A stretch of DNA of 64,000 nucleotides from Trypethelium eluteriae (lineage: Eukaryota): positions 1-64,000 of the forward strand of contig JAVECL010000022.1 in the NCBI GenBank assembly GCA_051942245.1. Direction: 5' to 3'. The notes under the pieces are model-generated. The model made no database searches. It worked only from the letters and a program-made list of their open reading frames with translations, and was not told the DNA's origin. This document shows positions 1 to 12,040 of this stretch, piece after piece (positions within the stretch are counted from its first letter, which is position 1; each line of letters begins with the position of its first letter). The position numbers and the translations under genes were made by a program.

Positions 1-365
1 GGTGGGGAGAGTGAGGTGGGGAAAGAGGTGATTGGGATGGGTAATCGAAGGAGGGATGGATGTGGTGTTAGGAGTTGCAATGATGCGATGGTTCGATGCG
101 GAGAATTGGCGGGGGGAAAGAATGGGCTGGTTTTACTACAAGACTGATGAAGTCCCGCAGCTGGAAGCAATCCATAGCGACTCGATTGCGCTACCTGGAT
201 AGCTGTAGTGATATTGAGATGTTGTCGTGAAAGGAGCCTGTTACGATAGTCGGCCTGCAAGGCCAATGAGTACCGAAAGCCTGGAGAAAGAGTTTTCATA
301 TTGTTACACATGTAAAGCTTGAGGAATATTCAGAGGAGCTGGTCACAGGTCACCAATACGAAATC

Positions 366-869
366 ATGCCCAGAGAAACCAGGCGCTACTCTTGGTTCTG
401 CGATCCCACCGACGAAGCTCTTCAATATCTATTCATCTACGATCTCTTCGTAACTGATGATGGGCGCTTACCACCTCCGTATACCATAACAGAAGGTGAG
501 ACTGAAACATTCAATGAAAATGAATTGATCGGACGAGAACAAAGGCCTCTACTAGCTCCAGTGCTTGCGAGATACAACAGTCGTGTCCGAGCTGAAGTCG
601 ACACACTTCAGGCGTGTCTCATTTCTGCATCAGCCGCAATTATGAAATCTACTCACATGTATGGCCACTCTCGGATGAAGATTAGTCTCGCTTTACTCGG
701 CTTGACTAAAGACTACGCCAGGCGCCTTGATGGCCAGACATTATGGGCCATAGCATATCCGATCTTAGATGGTCTAAGTAGAGACACTGACTCAATCAAA
801 GCCTCATGTTGTGTGCTATCAAGCCATAGGGATGGCTTGATATACAAACTTACTGCGTTCCCTAAGTAA
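366..869 (+). CDS. hypothetical protein (167 aa), possibly part of a larger or degenerate gene
   Basis: Open ATG-initiated 167-codon ORF; no recognisable motif. Confidence 0.3.
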   Translation: MPRETRRYSWFCDPTDEALQYLFIYDLFVTDDGRLPPPYTITEGETETFNENELIGREQRPLLAPVLARYNSRVRAEVDTLQACLISASAAIMKSTHMYGHSRMKISLALLGLTKDYARRLDGQTLWAIAYPILDGLSRDTDSIKASCCVLSSHRDGLIYKLTAFPK

Positions 870-1252
870 TTGAGTCGTTTCCCAGAGGATTAATGTGGGG
901 TCCCCCAACGTATCAAGTGGAATCCCTAGAAAGCTTTTGTAGAGAACAGAATGAGATGATATCAAGACTAATAGTTGACGAGCATTACCTGAGAAGCAAA
1001 CTTTGGGACGAGAAGGCGGCCCGACTCAAAGCCTGACCGAAGACTGGGAACATAATTATCGTGCTCTAAAAGAGACAAGACTGTAGGGGTATCAAACTCA
1101 ACTCTCGGAAGAGAGGGCAGCAGGGGGGCGTCTAGATCAAATGGTAAAGAAGAGGCAAGTGGATTTGCCGATGGCTACGACGCAAGCTAAATACCCAGCC
1201 GGGAAACGCAGAAGTGCTCATTATGCATCAGATAAAGATATGTACTAGATAT

Positions 1253-3645
1253 TTACAGAGTTCCATTCCGATACCCAGCTCGCCTCCTACTCGGGGTCCA
1301 ACTACCATTTTTGATGGGTGACGGCAGCCCGTTCATGTTCATCTTTCCCTTCTCCATGTCCCTCTTGGTCCTTCGAGTTGTCAATTGCTTCCAGAGCTCG
1401 GGGATGCCAACGCGGCGGGCTGGTAACATGCTGTATTGAAGGCTGTAGAGGTTCCTGCGGTGGATTGGAGGAACGAAGCGGCCGCTGATGAGGCAGAGAA
1501 AGACACCAGGTGAAATGTAATGTTTGCGGATGCGATTTGCTAGCGAGGAGTATTCGTGAAACATGGAATGAAGAGGAAGGGGGATCGACTAAAGGTTGCG
1601 TTAGTTTTTGGGGGATTTTGTACCACACGTGGGATTAAAAGCGACGGCTTACTTTGAGAAGAATGTATGATGTTGGTGCAGATGTCGTTGGCTTTGGGGG
1701 ACGAGCAACTGGGGTGTCTTGAAGTTCAAAATGAATTCCACCTGGCATAATATCAGACAATGCCTTAGCCTCGCCATTGCGAGCCCGAGAAACTCACCTG
1801 GTAAGCGCTGGGAATCTTTAATGCGTAGCATCAATGCAAATAAAGGGAAATGATTCAGACAAGCAAGCAGGGTATCCAGACCGGCTTTCAGCATGATAAT
1901 TGCCATGCGTGCCGATGCAAAGGTCAGGTAGAACACAAATACAGTGGGCAGCAGAAAGAACAGAAGCGTGAAGAGTATGGTACCCAGGAGTAGCTGGTCG
2001 AGATCGTAATCACAAGAATCGATACGATTACGCAAGACATTCCGCTTTTTTCCCCGGAAGAGATGAAATAACGAGATGATAATTGTGAGTTGCCCGTGAT
2101 ATATTCGTGCAGATGCAATGTAGAAGCAGTAGATGTGAAGAGTGAGAAGGGAGACGAGGTCGGAGAAGAGTGAGATTGGCATCGTGGCACCTAAGAAGCT
2201 GGAGAAACCAAGAAACTGGATGATGTAGGGGAGTGCTGGTCGCAAAGTGGCCATGCAGCCTTTCTTGCAAGTCAGCATCATCATCTGTCTGATCAATATT
2301 TAGGAGCCTTACCACCCCAGTAGTCGATAACCCACAAGAAGAGATCCCCCAGAAATGCAGCTAGTTCGTTATTGAGTTTCAGACCTGCAGGCCAGTCCAT
2401 GAGCCATGTTATAATTCGTGACAGACCCTCGATTGACCAAGTTCCTAGGACCGTATCGACCTGCGATCCTACGAAATGAGCATTTTCGATGATATACGAG
2501 CCAAGCGCAATTCCGATGATAATGTCGTTCGCAACTAGCCAAAGACTATTGAAGAAGCGAATATACTCGGGATGATTTGTGGTAATGCTTTCCCAATCTG
2601 CTCGTCTTTGGAGGAGAGTCAGGTATTGGATGGGCCAATAGCAGAATTGCTGGAGTCGAATATCAACTTGCTGAGCAGTGGCTGAGGTATCTTTCAAAGC
2701 AGGTGAATCTGAAGTCAGACGCCACTCAAGCACCCGTAGGACAAGCTCTCCACCAATCCGCAGCGCTACGAGTCCCAGGATGAATATTCTTAGTGCGACC
2801 GGATATACCCAGACAGTCAAAATATGCCAAGCTAGAACAAGTATGTACGTATAGGCATTCTGAGCGGATTCGACGACACGTTCGCTGACACTCAAACTGC
2901 GTTTAGGTCTCGTTCCGATGAGCCCTACGTTCTTCTGCAGCAGAGCAGCCATTTCAAAGGAGCAGTTGATTTGGTTCAGGATTATTGGTAAATGCATCTC
3001 CTTTTGGGTTCTTTGATGTTTAATGACCGTATGTTGTTTCAACTTCTCTGTTAGATTCTTTCTCCGCTGTCGCTCTGCCCTTTCATCGGCATCAATCTTG
3101 TCTAACGGAGTTTCTCCTCCGGTAAATGCCTTTTCTGACTTATCCCCAAGAGCTAAGGAAATGGGGTCGAGAGACATGTACTGCATGCGGGTTGGATGAG
3201 GCCGGTCAAACATTATGACTTGCAGGGTCACCCTGCATTCCGCCGGACAATAGACATGGGGTAAGCGAGCACTGCTCTTAGTATCTACTTCAATCTGGCG
3301 TGGATTGAAGCTGCTTGGGGCGACTGGAGGATTCACTATGCCCAAGACCTGTAGCTGAATCCCACCGCATCTGTCGAAGATGTGGTTAAGCGGATGTGGA
3401 GGGTTGCGATAAAGGGCTTCAACTTGAAGGGCGTTTACAGCTTTCCGCAGCTGAGACAGCGACTTAGCTCAATACATCTGAAGGACTCAAAATTTGAGTC
3501 GACTTACGTCCACGTGCTGAAGTATTGTAACGACAACTATGTCCAGTTCAGAATTCCTCCATCCGACGAGAACACCTGGACCGTCTCCTTTGGGGGCATC
3601 GGACGGCCAAAATACTCGCATCAACTCATTATGCGTTCTTGTCAT
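1253..3645 (-). CDS. GPI1: GPI-GlcNAc transferase subunit Gpi1/PIG-Q (multi-exon)
   Basis: Exons read MTRTHNELMRVFWPSD..GVLVGWRNS; AQQVDIRLQQFCYWP..YIRFFNSLWLVANDIIIG..WLMDWPAGLKLNNELAAFLG; LFHLFRGKKRNVLRNRIDSCDYDLDQLLLGTILFT; GT-AG introns (e.g. 3507-3451); stop at 1253. Confidence 0.93.
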
Positions 3646-4439
3646 ACTCCCATCCCGACTAGAAGGATCCACGTCTCCTGAGCTGCTCTCGCGCAGAAAT
3701 GCCACTGCCTACCACTCGAGGATGCTGCTATTCATGAGTAATGATTTCTTGTAATTGTAAAGTTGTCACCCACTACTTCCGCTTCCCTTGCTGCAATGCG
3801 TTCTAGAGGGACGATTATTACGATGAAGACAACGGAGAGGGCGGCAAAGCCTTTCAAAGCGCGAGACTAGGCCAATTGATGTTAGCATGCATTCCAATAT
3901 ACGATGTGACTGCTAATGCGTGTCATTCTCACCACGACGCCGTGATCCCACGCGAAGATCGCTACCTCATATAGTTGCCTTACCAGGTCCCAACGCGCGG
4001 TAATGTAGCCCGCAAGAAATATTCCCAGTGTAAGGACAGAGAATGGGTGCATTAATTGCTCGTCGCATGTCCCGTTCGTCTACTGATTGTCGCGAAAGTG
4101 ATGCCGCAGATCAGGGAAATTCATGGGCCGCGGTGAAGGCATGCGGAACTTTTGGTGGTAGCAACAAGGAGTCGAATTGATTCGACTAACCGAACGGAAA
4201 TTGGGAAGGCTTCAGCGAATGGTGGATGGATAGAGAGACAAACATAGTCGTTGGTGGTGGTGATGGAATTAGGCATAAGCTTCTCATCCCTGTCGTAGTT
4301 TTTGATCTTCACCGGTGAGCTTGACCCTGAAAAACACCAAGCTCTTGGAGCTGACCATCCTTCCTTTCCCTACACTCATTCCCTACTCTTTGTGCTTGCA
4401 TGGGCTGTCTATCTTAGATTGACTTCAAATTCGAGCGCC

Positions 4440-7400
4440 ATGGCGCCCAAATTCAAGGATGGCGATGTTGTAGCTTCAGTGAGTATTCGCATAAATGAAT
4501 ATCGTACGGTAGCTAAACTTCCAAAGATTCCTGGATCTTGGGTCTCTTGGGCGCATACAGTTGTAGCTTATGGTACAAACCCCAAGGGTCCCTTCACCTC
4601 TAAAGTCCCAAGGCTCACAGATTGCAGCGGCATTCATCGGAGCCTTCGTAGTAGGCGTGTATGGGTTTATCCAGTCCCCAGATCTGAAGCCTGGAAGCTG
4701 ATGATTACACAAGCGGTCTTCATTACCACAAAATAGTTCAGAACGAACATTATGTCAGCTTGCCTGTTCAATTGGGGTCTATCCAGCCGCTAACAATGTT
4801 CCAGGGCTACCCAGATGAATGGTTTCCCTCAGTGTCCTCGACCATAGGCGACCGATACCCTGAACGCTCTGTTTTTCAAGTCTTCATCGCTATTACATCG
4901 GGTAAGGACATTGCACTGGAACAAAAGAACTAGTCTGACGTGAAGGCAGGCCCACGCTTCGCACTTGTGGCTCTATGGTTTCTCCTCACGGACCGTCCCA
5001 ATACAAGACTACCCAAGTTTGTTGCTGGTGTCGGCCTCTTCAGAACTCTTACTTGCGGAGGCTGGACATATGTAACATCCACAGACGATCATGATTGGCA
5101 CGACATTTTCATGATATCCTATCTAGTGGCCACTCTGCCCTGGACTTTAGGGTGCCTTACTCTCAGCCCGCCGAATCCTCAAGCGATTCTATACCGGAAG
5201 ATCTTTGCAGGAGCTTTTTTCGGCACTATTGTGCCTCTCATCTACTTCTTCATACAGCACAAGGTCCACAAAGTCCCAGGGGGTAAGCAGGATTGTTTGT
5301 GCTCATATCTCAAACATGTCGCTAAGACAGCGTAGCTTATACCACCTACGCTTTCTTCGAATGGTCGCTTGTATTGCTTGACGTAGCTTTTGACGCAGTA
5401 ACTGCGATGGATTTCAAGAGCCTCGAATTAGTCGTAAGAGACGTCAAAGGCCTAAGCAGAGGGTATGTCCAATGGCTACCAAAATGACGAGGTTCGCCAT
5501 TGCCGAACATGAAGGCTCCGAAACAGACTTGATACTAACTTTCGGTTCAGTGACAAGAAACGCGTCGTTGACGCTGCGCTTGAGAAAGAGTATACTCGCC
5601 AGGCCTCCTATAGATTCATCACGCTGACGGGGTGCAGAAAAGACAAAGACATAGGTAATGTCTTTGGAAGAGGGTTCTCATGGGACGAAGCCCTGGACGC
5701 AATCGCCGACGTATACAATGGTGTATGTCGGATCCTCATCCTGAGCTGACCGCCTTGAACTGACAGCTTTCACAGTTTGTATTTTGGTCCATCCTGACTT
5801 CGCTTGGACTTCTCGTGTGGTACTTTCCCCTTTGGCACATGGGAATATCTGGCTACGAGGTCTTTGTCATGTCGACAATTTCGCCTTTCTTCTTGGGAAT
5901 ACGCTCGCTCAGAACATTGGTGATTCGCAATATTCGCATTGTGCATTTACTCTCTCTGTCTGGCTTGCTGGCGTGGCTGGTGAGTAGACAAGAACTGCGC
6001 CTAACTACCGTCGGCTTTGCTGTTTGGATGGGTTGTCTTTCTTGGGCAGCAATTTTCTACGCTGAAAGAACGCAACCGGCCCGGCTTGAAGCACGTATAG
6101 CAGGATTCAGCCTTGGACTCATGCTTTCCAGTCTCGCTAAGTACGCATTTCAAACAAACAATCCAATCTGGCCTGTCGTCCACTCAGGAAGCGGGGGCTG
6201 GAACAAGCTTGGTTTGGCTCTGGCTGTCTTGGCAGTCCTCCGTACCAGCAGGAGGACGACTTTTTCGAGCATTGACACTCCAATGCAGAACATGAAGGGC
6301 GGATCTGGCCTGTTGACCGGCCTTGGGCTTGGTGGTATACTTTTCGGGATGCACTCTCTCCTGTCAGACTCGAGCACCATGATCTTATGGGTTTGGGATG
6401 GCTATCCAGTCAGAGGCCCACTTTCAGTCCCGCATGGCACCGTCACCTTTTTAGCCATGGGCATTGGTCTACTTCTTGGATTTTTCAGATCGGAGTTTGT
6501 ACGGACTTGGACCTCTTTTGGCGTGGCATCGCTCGGCGCTGCAGTGCTTACGTGCTTCAGCCACTGGTTTGGTTATTCTGGAGCGGTCGTTCTGACAATA
6601 TATCTGATGGCGATAACACCAGTGATGTTCTCCCACGCTGTTCGGTTTTCCCCAGCGTCCACGTTTGGTGTTGGCTTCCTCGTGTACAACTTCATGGTCT
6701 TATTCCATGTGTGGGTTGTAGCATACGCTTTCGTGCCTGGAGGACCTCTCGTTCGTGAGCATACTGACTGGGTGATGACAACGATGATGATTGAGATTGG
6801 TGCGGGTGTCTTCTCCGTAATCTCAAGCGCTCCCAAGCGTTCATCGACGAAAGCTCCACCACCGAATCCAGCGGCTCGCAGGATCCGATCCTACTACATT
6901 TACATCCTGGTTGCACTCCAACTCCTTTCAGTCTCAATTTCCTACTTACGGTTTCCCTCTTACAATTATGAGCCCTATCATCCGCAAGACAAGCTGATAA
7001 CTGCTGGCATCTGGACCATCCACTTTTCCTTGGACAATGATATGTGGAGCTCTGAGCGGCGCCAGCGAGATGCCATCAAAGAGCTTGAGCTCGACGTAGT
7101 TGGCCTGCTCGAGAGTGATACCCAACGCATCATCATGGGTAACAGAGATACTTCTCAGTATCTTGCGGAGGATTTGGGAATGTACGTCGATTACGGTCCT
7201 GGACCAAACAAACATACTTGGGGTTGTGTGCTTCTCTCCAAATTCCCAATTGTCAACTCGACGCATCATTTATTGCCCAGCCCCGTGGGCGAGCTTGCGC
7301 CAGCGATTCATGCAACAATTGAAGCTTACGGCGAACTGATCGACGTATTCGTCTTCCACTCAGGCCAAGAAGAAGATCCGGAAGATCGTCGTTTGCAGAC

Positions 7401-7841
7401 TGAGTACCTTTCTGATCTAATGGGTTCTGTCGATCGGCCAGCAATACTGCTGAGCTATCTTGTGACAAAACCATTAGAGGGCAACTACAATACCTACGTC
7501 AGTGGCCGCAGCGGTATGAGAGATATTGATCCTAGCGATTGGGACCGCTGGTGTGAATACATTCTGTATAAGGGAATGAAGAGAAGTGGGTACGCTCGAG
7601 TAAGCCGTGGCACGGTCACAGACACGGAATTGCAAGTTGGCAAATTTGTCGTCGGTGAATCTGAAGCGACAGATAATTTAATATCTGAGGACAATGTGCC
7701 TGGGGGGTTGAGATTCCCAGCAAGGTTCCGAGGCGAAGGTGTTAGAGGACATAGATATCATGTCTTCGACGAACCAAGGTAAGCAAGACAACCGCATATG
7801 GACGCCTTCACTGCTAATGTGCTTCCAGGTATTACGCGTAG
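4440..7841 (+). CDS. CWH43: Cwh43/PGAP2-interacting GPI lipid-remodelling protein (Frag1/DRAM/Sfk1 N-terminus + C-terminal phosphatase-like domain), many small introns
   Basis: [13 protein letters not shown] start; [101 protein letters not shown]; terminal [13 protein letters not shown] after intron ending 7828. Confidence 0.95.
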
Positions 7842-8261
7842 ATCAACATCAAGGTGAGAGGTGAAATGTGATGGAGCATCGACGATTATTTTGAAATCCA
7901 TGTATACTATCTGTTGCCCTTGACCTAATAGTGTATCTATCATATATTACTTCAAATGCAATTATCCGGATCAAAAAGTACGGTCCGTTTTCCCTCGGCC
8001 TTTCGCTCGTCCTCTAATGAAGTATCTCCAGAGTCCTTTAATAATCATTAGATAGCATCACTCCGCCCACTTTCAGAGAGATGGCAGCACCGTAAAACAC
8101 GGCCGTACTTCTTCGAGTATGCCGAGGCAATGATGATGATGAGCCAGTATTTCCCCGCGTTCCGTAGCCCACCAGCGATTGTACCACCGGGCGTGTGATG
8201 CGGTGGTGCCTTCACTTTTCCACCGTTTCTATACATTGTGCACGAATCATGCAGGCACGAC

Positions 8262-8297
8262 GTCATGCGATGCCATGCGGTGCCATGCGATGTCATG
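8262..8297. repeat. short 10-bp tandem repeat (GYCATGCRRT x~3.5)
   Basis: gtcatgcgat gccatgcggt gccatgcgat gtcatg. Confidence 0.6.
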
Positions 8298-9151
8298 TAT
8301 CCGTACGGGATGCACCGTCTCCTCGGCCCACAAATGCAGCCGTGCCGAGATTATTAGCCCATAGCTCCACCCTCCTCCTCCTCATCCACGGTGAACTCTT
8401 GATTCGTGCTGACCCTTATACGCGTACGAGACCTCGGCCGTCCGTCCGATTTGCCAAGCGCCATTGACTCTGCACTAGGTATGCGCATCAATATGACTAA
8501 AAGACAGCGGAAACGGACTTGAACCGCAGCCGACGGCAGACCGTCCCAATGTGGTTACTGTACTGAGCTGTGGCATGGGAGCCAGGCACGACAGCACATG
8601 CTTCTCTCCACTCGAACTGGACAATTTGCATAGCAGAATGCCATGATGCCCGGCCAAGGTACCATCGGCACCTCACTTACAGTATTCTTCCCTTCACTAC
8701 CAGCCAGAGCAAATATAGGCATGCCGGCTGCTGCTTGACGACGACATGCACTCAACGGAAAGATGACGCATGCCGTATGGGACTTAAGCTCCAACCCGCA
8801 CTAAGCCCTATTCCGTCCACTGCGCAAACCGCTCGAGCATGTGGGGCGAATCTCTTTGGTGTTGACCGAGTTCAGCCAAGGCTGCCAAATAGGCCTGCCT
8901 AATTACGTAGTTGACATGGCTCTGTTTGTGGCTTTTCTACACTATGCCGCGGCTCTCGTGTTGTTAAAGAAAATGAGAATATCCGATTCCCACGTCTCAC
9001 TCTTCTACTTTCCTGCATCAAGAAGCTGAAGGATGTATCCAACTTCGCTTTGTTAATAATACTGTTCCCTGTATCTCTGTTGATCATAACTAGTGTCTCT
9101 TAATAATAACGTCCGTGTCAAAATTCCAGAGTCTCTCGGTCGATAGTCAAG

Positions 9152-10961
9152 ATGCAACTCCACCCCTCTCTGATCACGGTGCTGTGCACGCTTGCTCCGC
9201 TAGTAGCTACATCACCTTCTCGGCGTACTGACAGTTCGCCACTACCTACAGTCAACCTAGGATACCAAATCCAGCAAGCCTCAGGATTCAATGTAAGTTC
9301 AGGCACGACCAAGTATCCTTGCTTTGCGCCAATTACTTTATGCACTGATTTAAGAACCTCCACAATTCATAAGAGAGCAGTCTTCTATGTAAATACTGAC
9401 CTTGTGGCAGTCGAGTTTCAGTTATTACAATTTCTCCAACATCCGCTATGCTGCTCCTCCTCTGGGTAACCTACGATTCGCAGCACCAGAAGCTCCAGCT
9501 AGAAATTCCACCATCAACAATGGCTTGGATAGTCGCATATGTCCTCAGGCCGTTCCGACCTGGCTCAGCACAGAGTTGCCATTCATCGGGCAGTACCTAC
9601 TGACAGGAAACACAACACCTCCGGCCACCAGCCCTAGCTCCGGTGTCCCTCCGGCCGTGGACCCGAGGACTAACGAGGATTGCCTTTTCCTCGACGTGCT
9701 TGTCCCCCAGGATATTTTCGAGTCAAGAAATTCAAGTCGTGGCGCCCCCGTACTGGTGTGGATTTATGGCGGAGGCTACACCGAAGGTAGTAAGGATGGT
9801 TCCGGAGATGCGGCTGGCCTTGTCGCACGGAGTAGGATCGGGAACAGCGGTGTTGTGTTTGTCGAGTTAAATTATCGCCTTGGTGCGCTTGGCTGGCTTT
9901 CGGGACCGACCTTCCAAAAGGATGGAAGCGCCAATGCCGGTCTGCTAGATCAACGGTTTGCGCTTGAGTGGGTACAACAGCATATTCACAAGTTTGGCGG
10001 TGACCCAAAAAAGGTGACGGTCATCGGCGAATCAGCTGGAGGTGGCTCTATCATGCATCAAATCACTGCATACGGGGGACTGAAGGGTCGAGTCCCATTC
10101 CAACAAGCTATCCCTCAATCTCCAGGCTTCTTCCCCTTGTATTCCAATAACCAGCAGGAGCAAACTTTCCAGGATTTCCTTAGTCTTCTTAACGTGAGCA
10201 CGCTTCAGCAAGCTCGACAATTACCGTCAAGTGCTTTGATACAAGCAAACACGCTCCAAATTGCCAATTCCTCCTACGGACAGTTTACATATGGACCAGC
10301 GGTTGATGGAGACTTTGTTCCTGCCCTGCCCGGTGTGCTTCTTCTACATGGACAATACGACAAATCAATCCGGGTCATGCCCGGTCACAACACCGACGAA
10401 GGCCTCCTCTTCACTAGTCCATACGTTCAGAACGACGAGCAGTTCCGGGAGTACGCAACCACTTCATTTCCGGGTGTCAGTGCGGCCGTCATTGATTATG
10501 TCACTGGAACGCTTTACCCACCAATTTTCGATGGCACCTACAACTACACTAATCAACTCCAGCGCACTGCACTCCTAATCTCCGAGGCTGTTTTCACTTG
10601 CAACGCTTACTGGCTGAACGAGGCATTCCGTAATCAGACGTTCTCGTATCTATTTAGCGTCTACCCCGGTATCCACGGCGAAGACGTCGCATACACATTC
10701 TTTGACGGCCAAACCGGCCCTATTATATTGGAGGATGTTGGCAACGCGACTTTTGCCAAGGAGTTCCAGGAATACCTCACCAACTTCGCGGAGACGGGCA
10801 ATCCGAACGGTGATGGCTTGCCTCAATTTCCAATGTATGGCAAGGACGCGACGGTGCAGGTTCTCAATTTAACGGCAAGCCTGGCGCCCAGTATTTCGCA
10901 GACGACGGACCCTGCAGCGAACTATAGATGTGATTGGTGGCAGAAGGCTCTGTATTCTTGA
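9152..10961 (+). CDS. secreted type-B carboxylesterase/lipase (COesterase family)
   Basis: Signal peptide in exon 1; intron 9293-9410; motifs NIRYAAPPLGNLRF, EDCLFLDV, WIYGGGY, GESAGG (catalytic Ser), HGED. Confidence 0.93.
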
Positions 10962-12040
10962 GGGACAGGAGAGATCATCGGCGGAACACAGCACATGTGC
11001 TTTCGAAACTATGACGTTGACAGAAATGAATTCATCAAAACTTTTGCACTAGAGAAGCGATTGGTGAAAATGGCATGCATGTTTCTGTGATCCGTGATTT
11101 TCGTGAGGTTCCACGTATTGAAGGCAACGCAGCCGCACGTATGCACACATCAAATGGACATGAACATGAACATGAACATAAGCTGTGCAGGATGCTCTAA
11201 ATCGATTTGCATTTTCCTTCGAACTATTCATTGCTGATTCCGTCCTAGGTTGAAGTTTGAAACGAAAGGTAGCCACAGGTGTGCTAACCATCCATTCTTT
11301 CGTACGCCAGCTCAGGTATATGGAAAGTTTGCTTCTTAGTGAGTCGCCACCATAGAGCTAGAGTAGTGGTATGTACATCGGTACATTCAGTCACGCCTCG
11401 TCTTGCCATTATTTGATGGCAACAAGTAGGGCAATTAAACATGTCACCCTCAAGGACAGGGTGATTTTGTGTCGGGGGAGCTTGTTGAGGCCCCTACGGT
11501 TCATGCAGAGCTGAAATTAAATTATCGAAAAGACTTTCAAGGATTTTATCAGACAATCTGTAAGGTTCCTATCCGTGCCCCTACGTATGTGTTAATAGGG
11601 GTTGCTTAAACATGTAGAAGTCAGAATATCGGCCACCTCAAAACGACATTACCGATGTACGTACCTTAAAGACAAGGAGGTACGGACACGGCGCTTCCGC
11701 CCAAAGGTCAGTCAAAACTCAGGCTACCATCACTATGTCTCCCGTGTTTTGCATCTCATCTTCATCGGTACGAGTCGTTGCGCCAAATAAAGCTGCAGGC
11801 CACATTCTGTGCATACAAGAAGACCCCTTGGCTAACAAGTTTGGATTTAGATACGTTCGCCATTGCGCACTTTTCCCTAAGCTTTTCACCCCTAGTGTTG
11901 TTACCCACGAAACAGTGACGGACGGATCTATGTGGCTCTATAGTAGGCATATATCCCCCTCACGGCCTCTGGCCCGGAATTCTTACTAGCTCTAGGCTAA
12001 CAGCCCGTAGCTTCCTCCCTCCATCGATCGTCATACCTTG

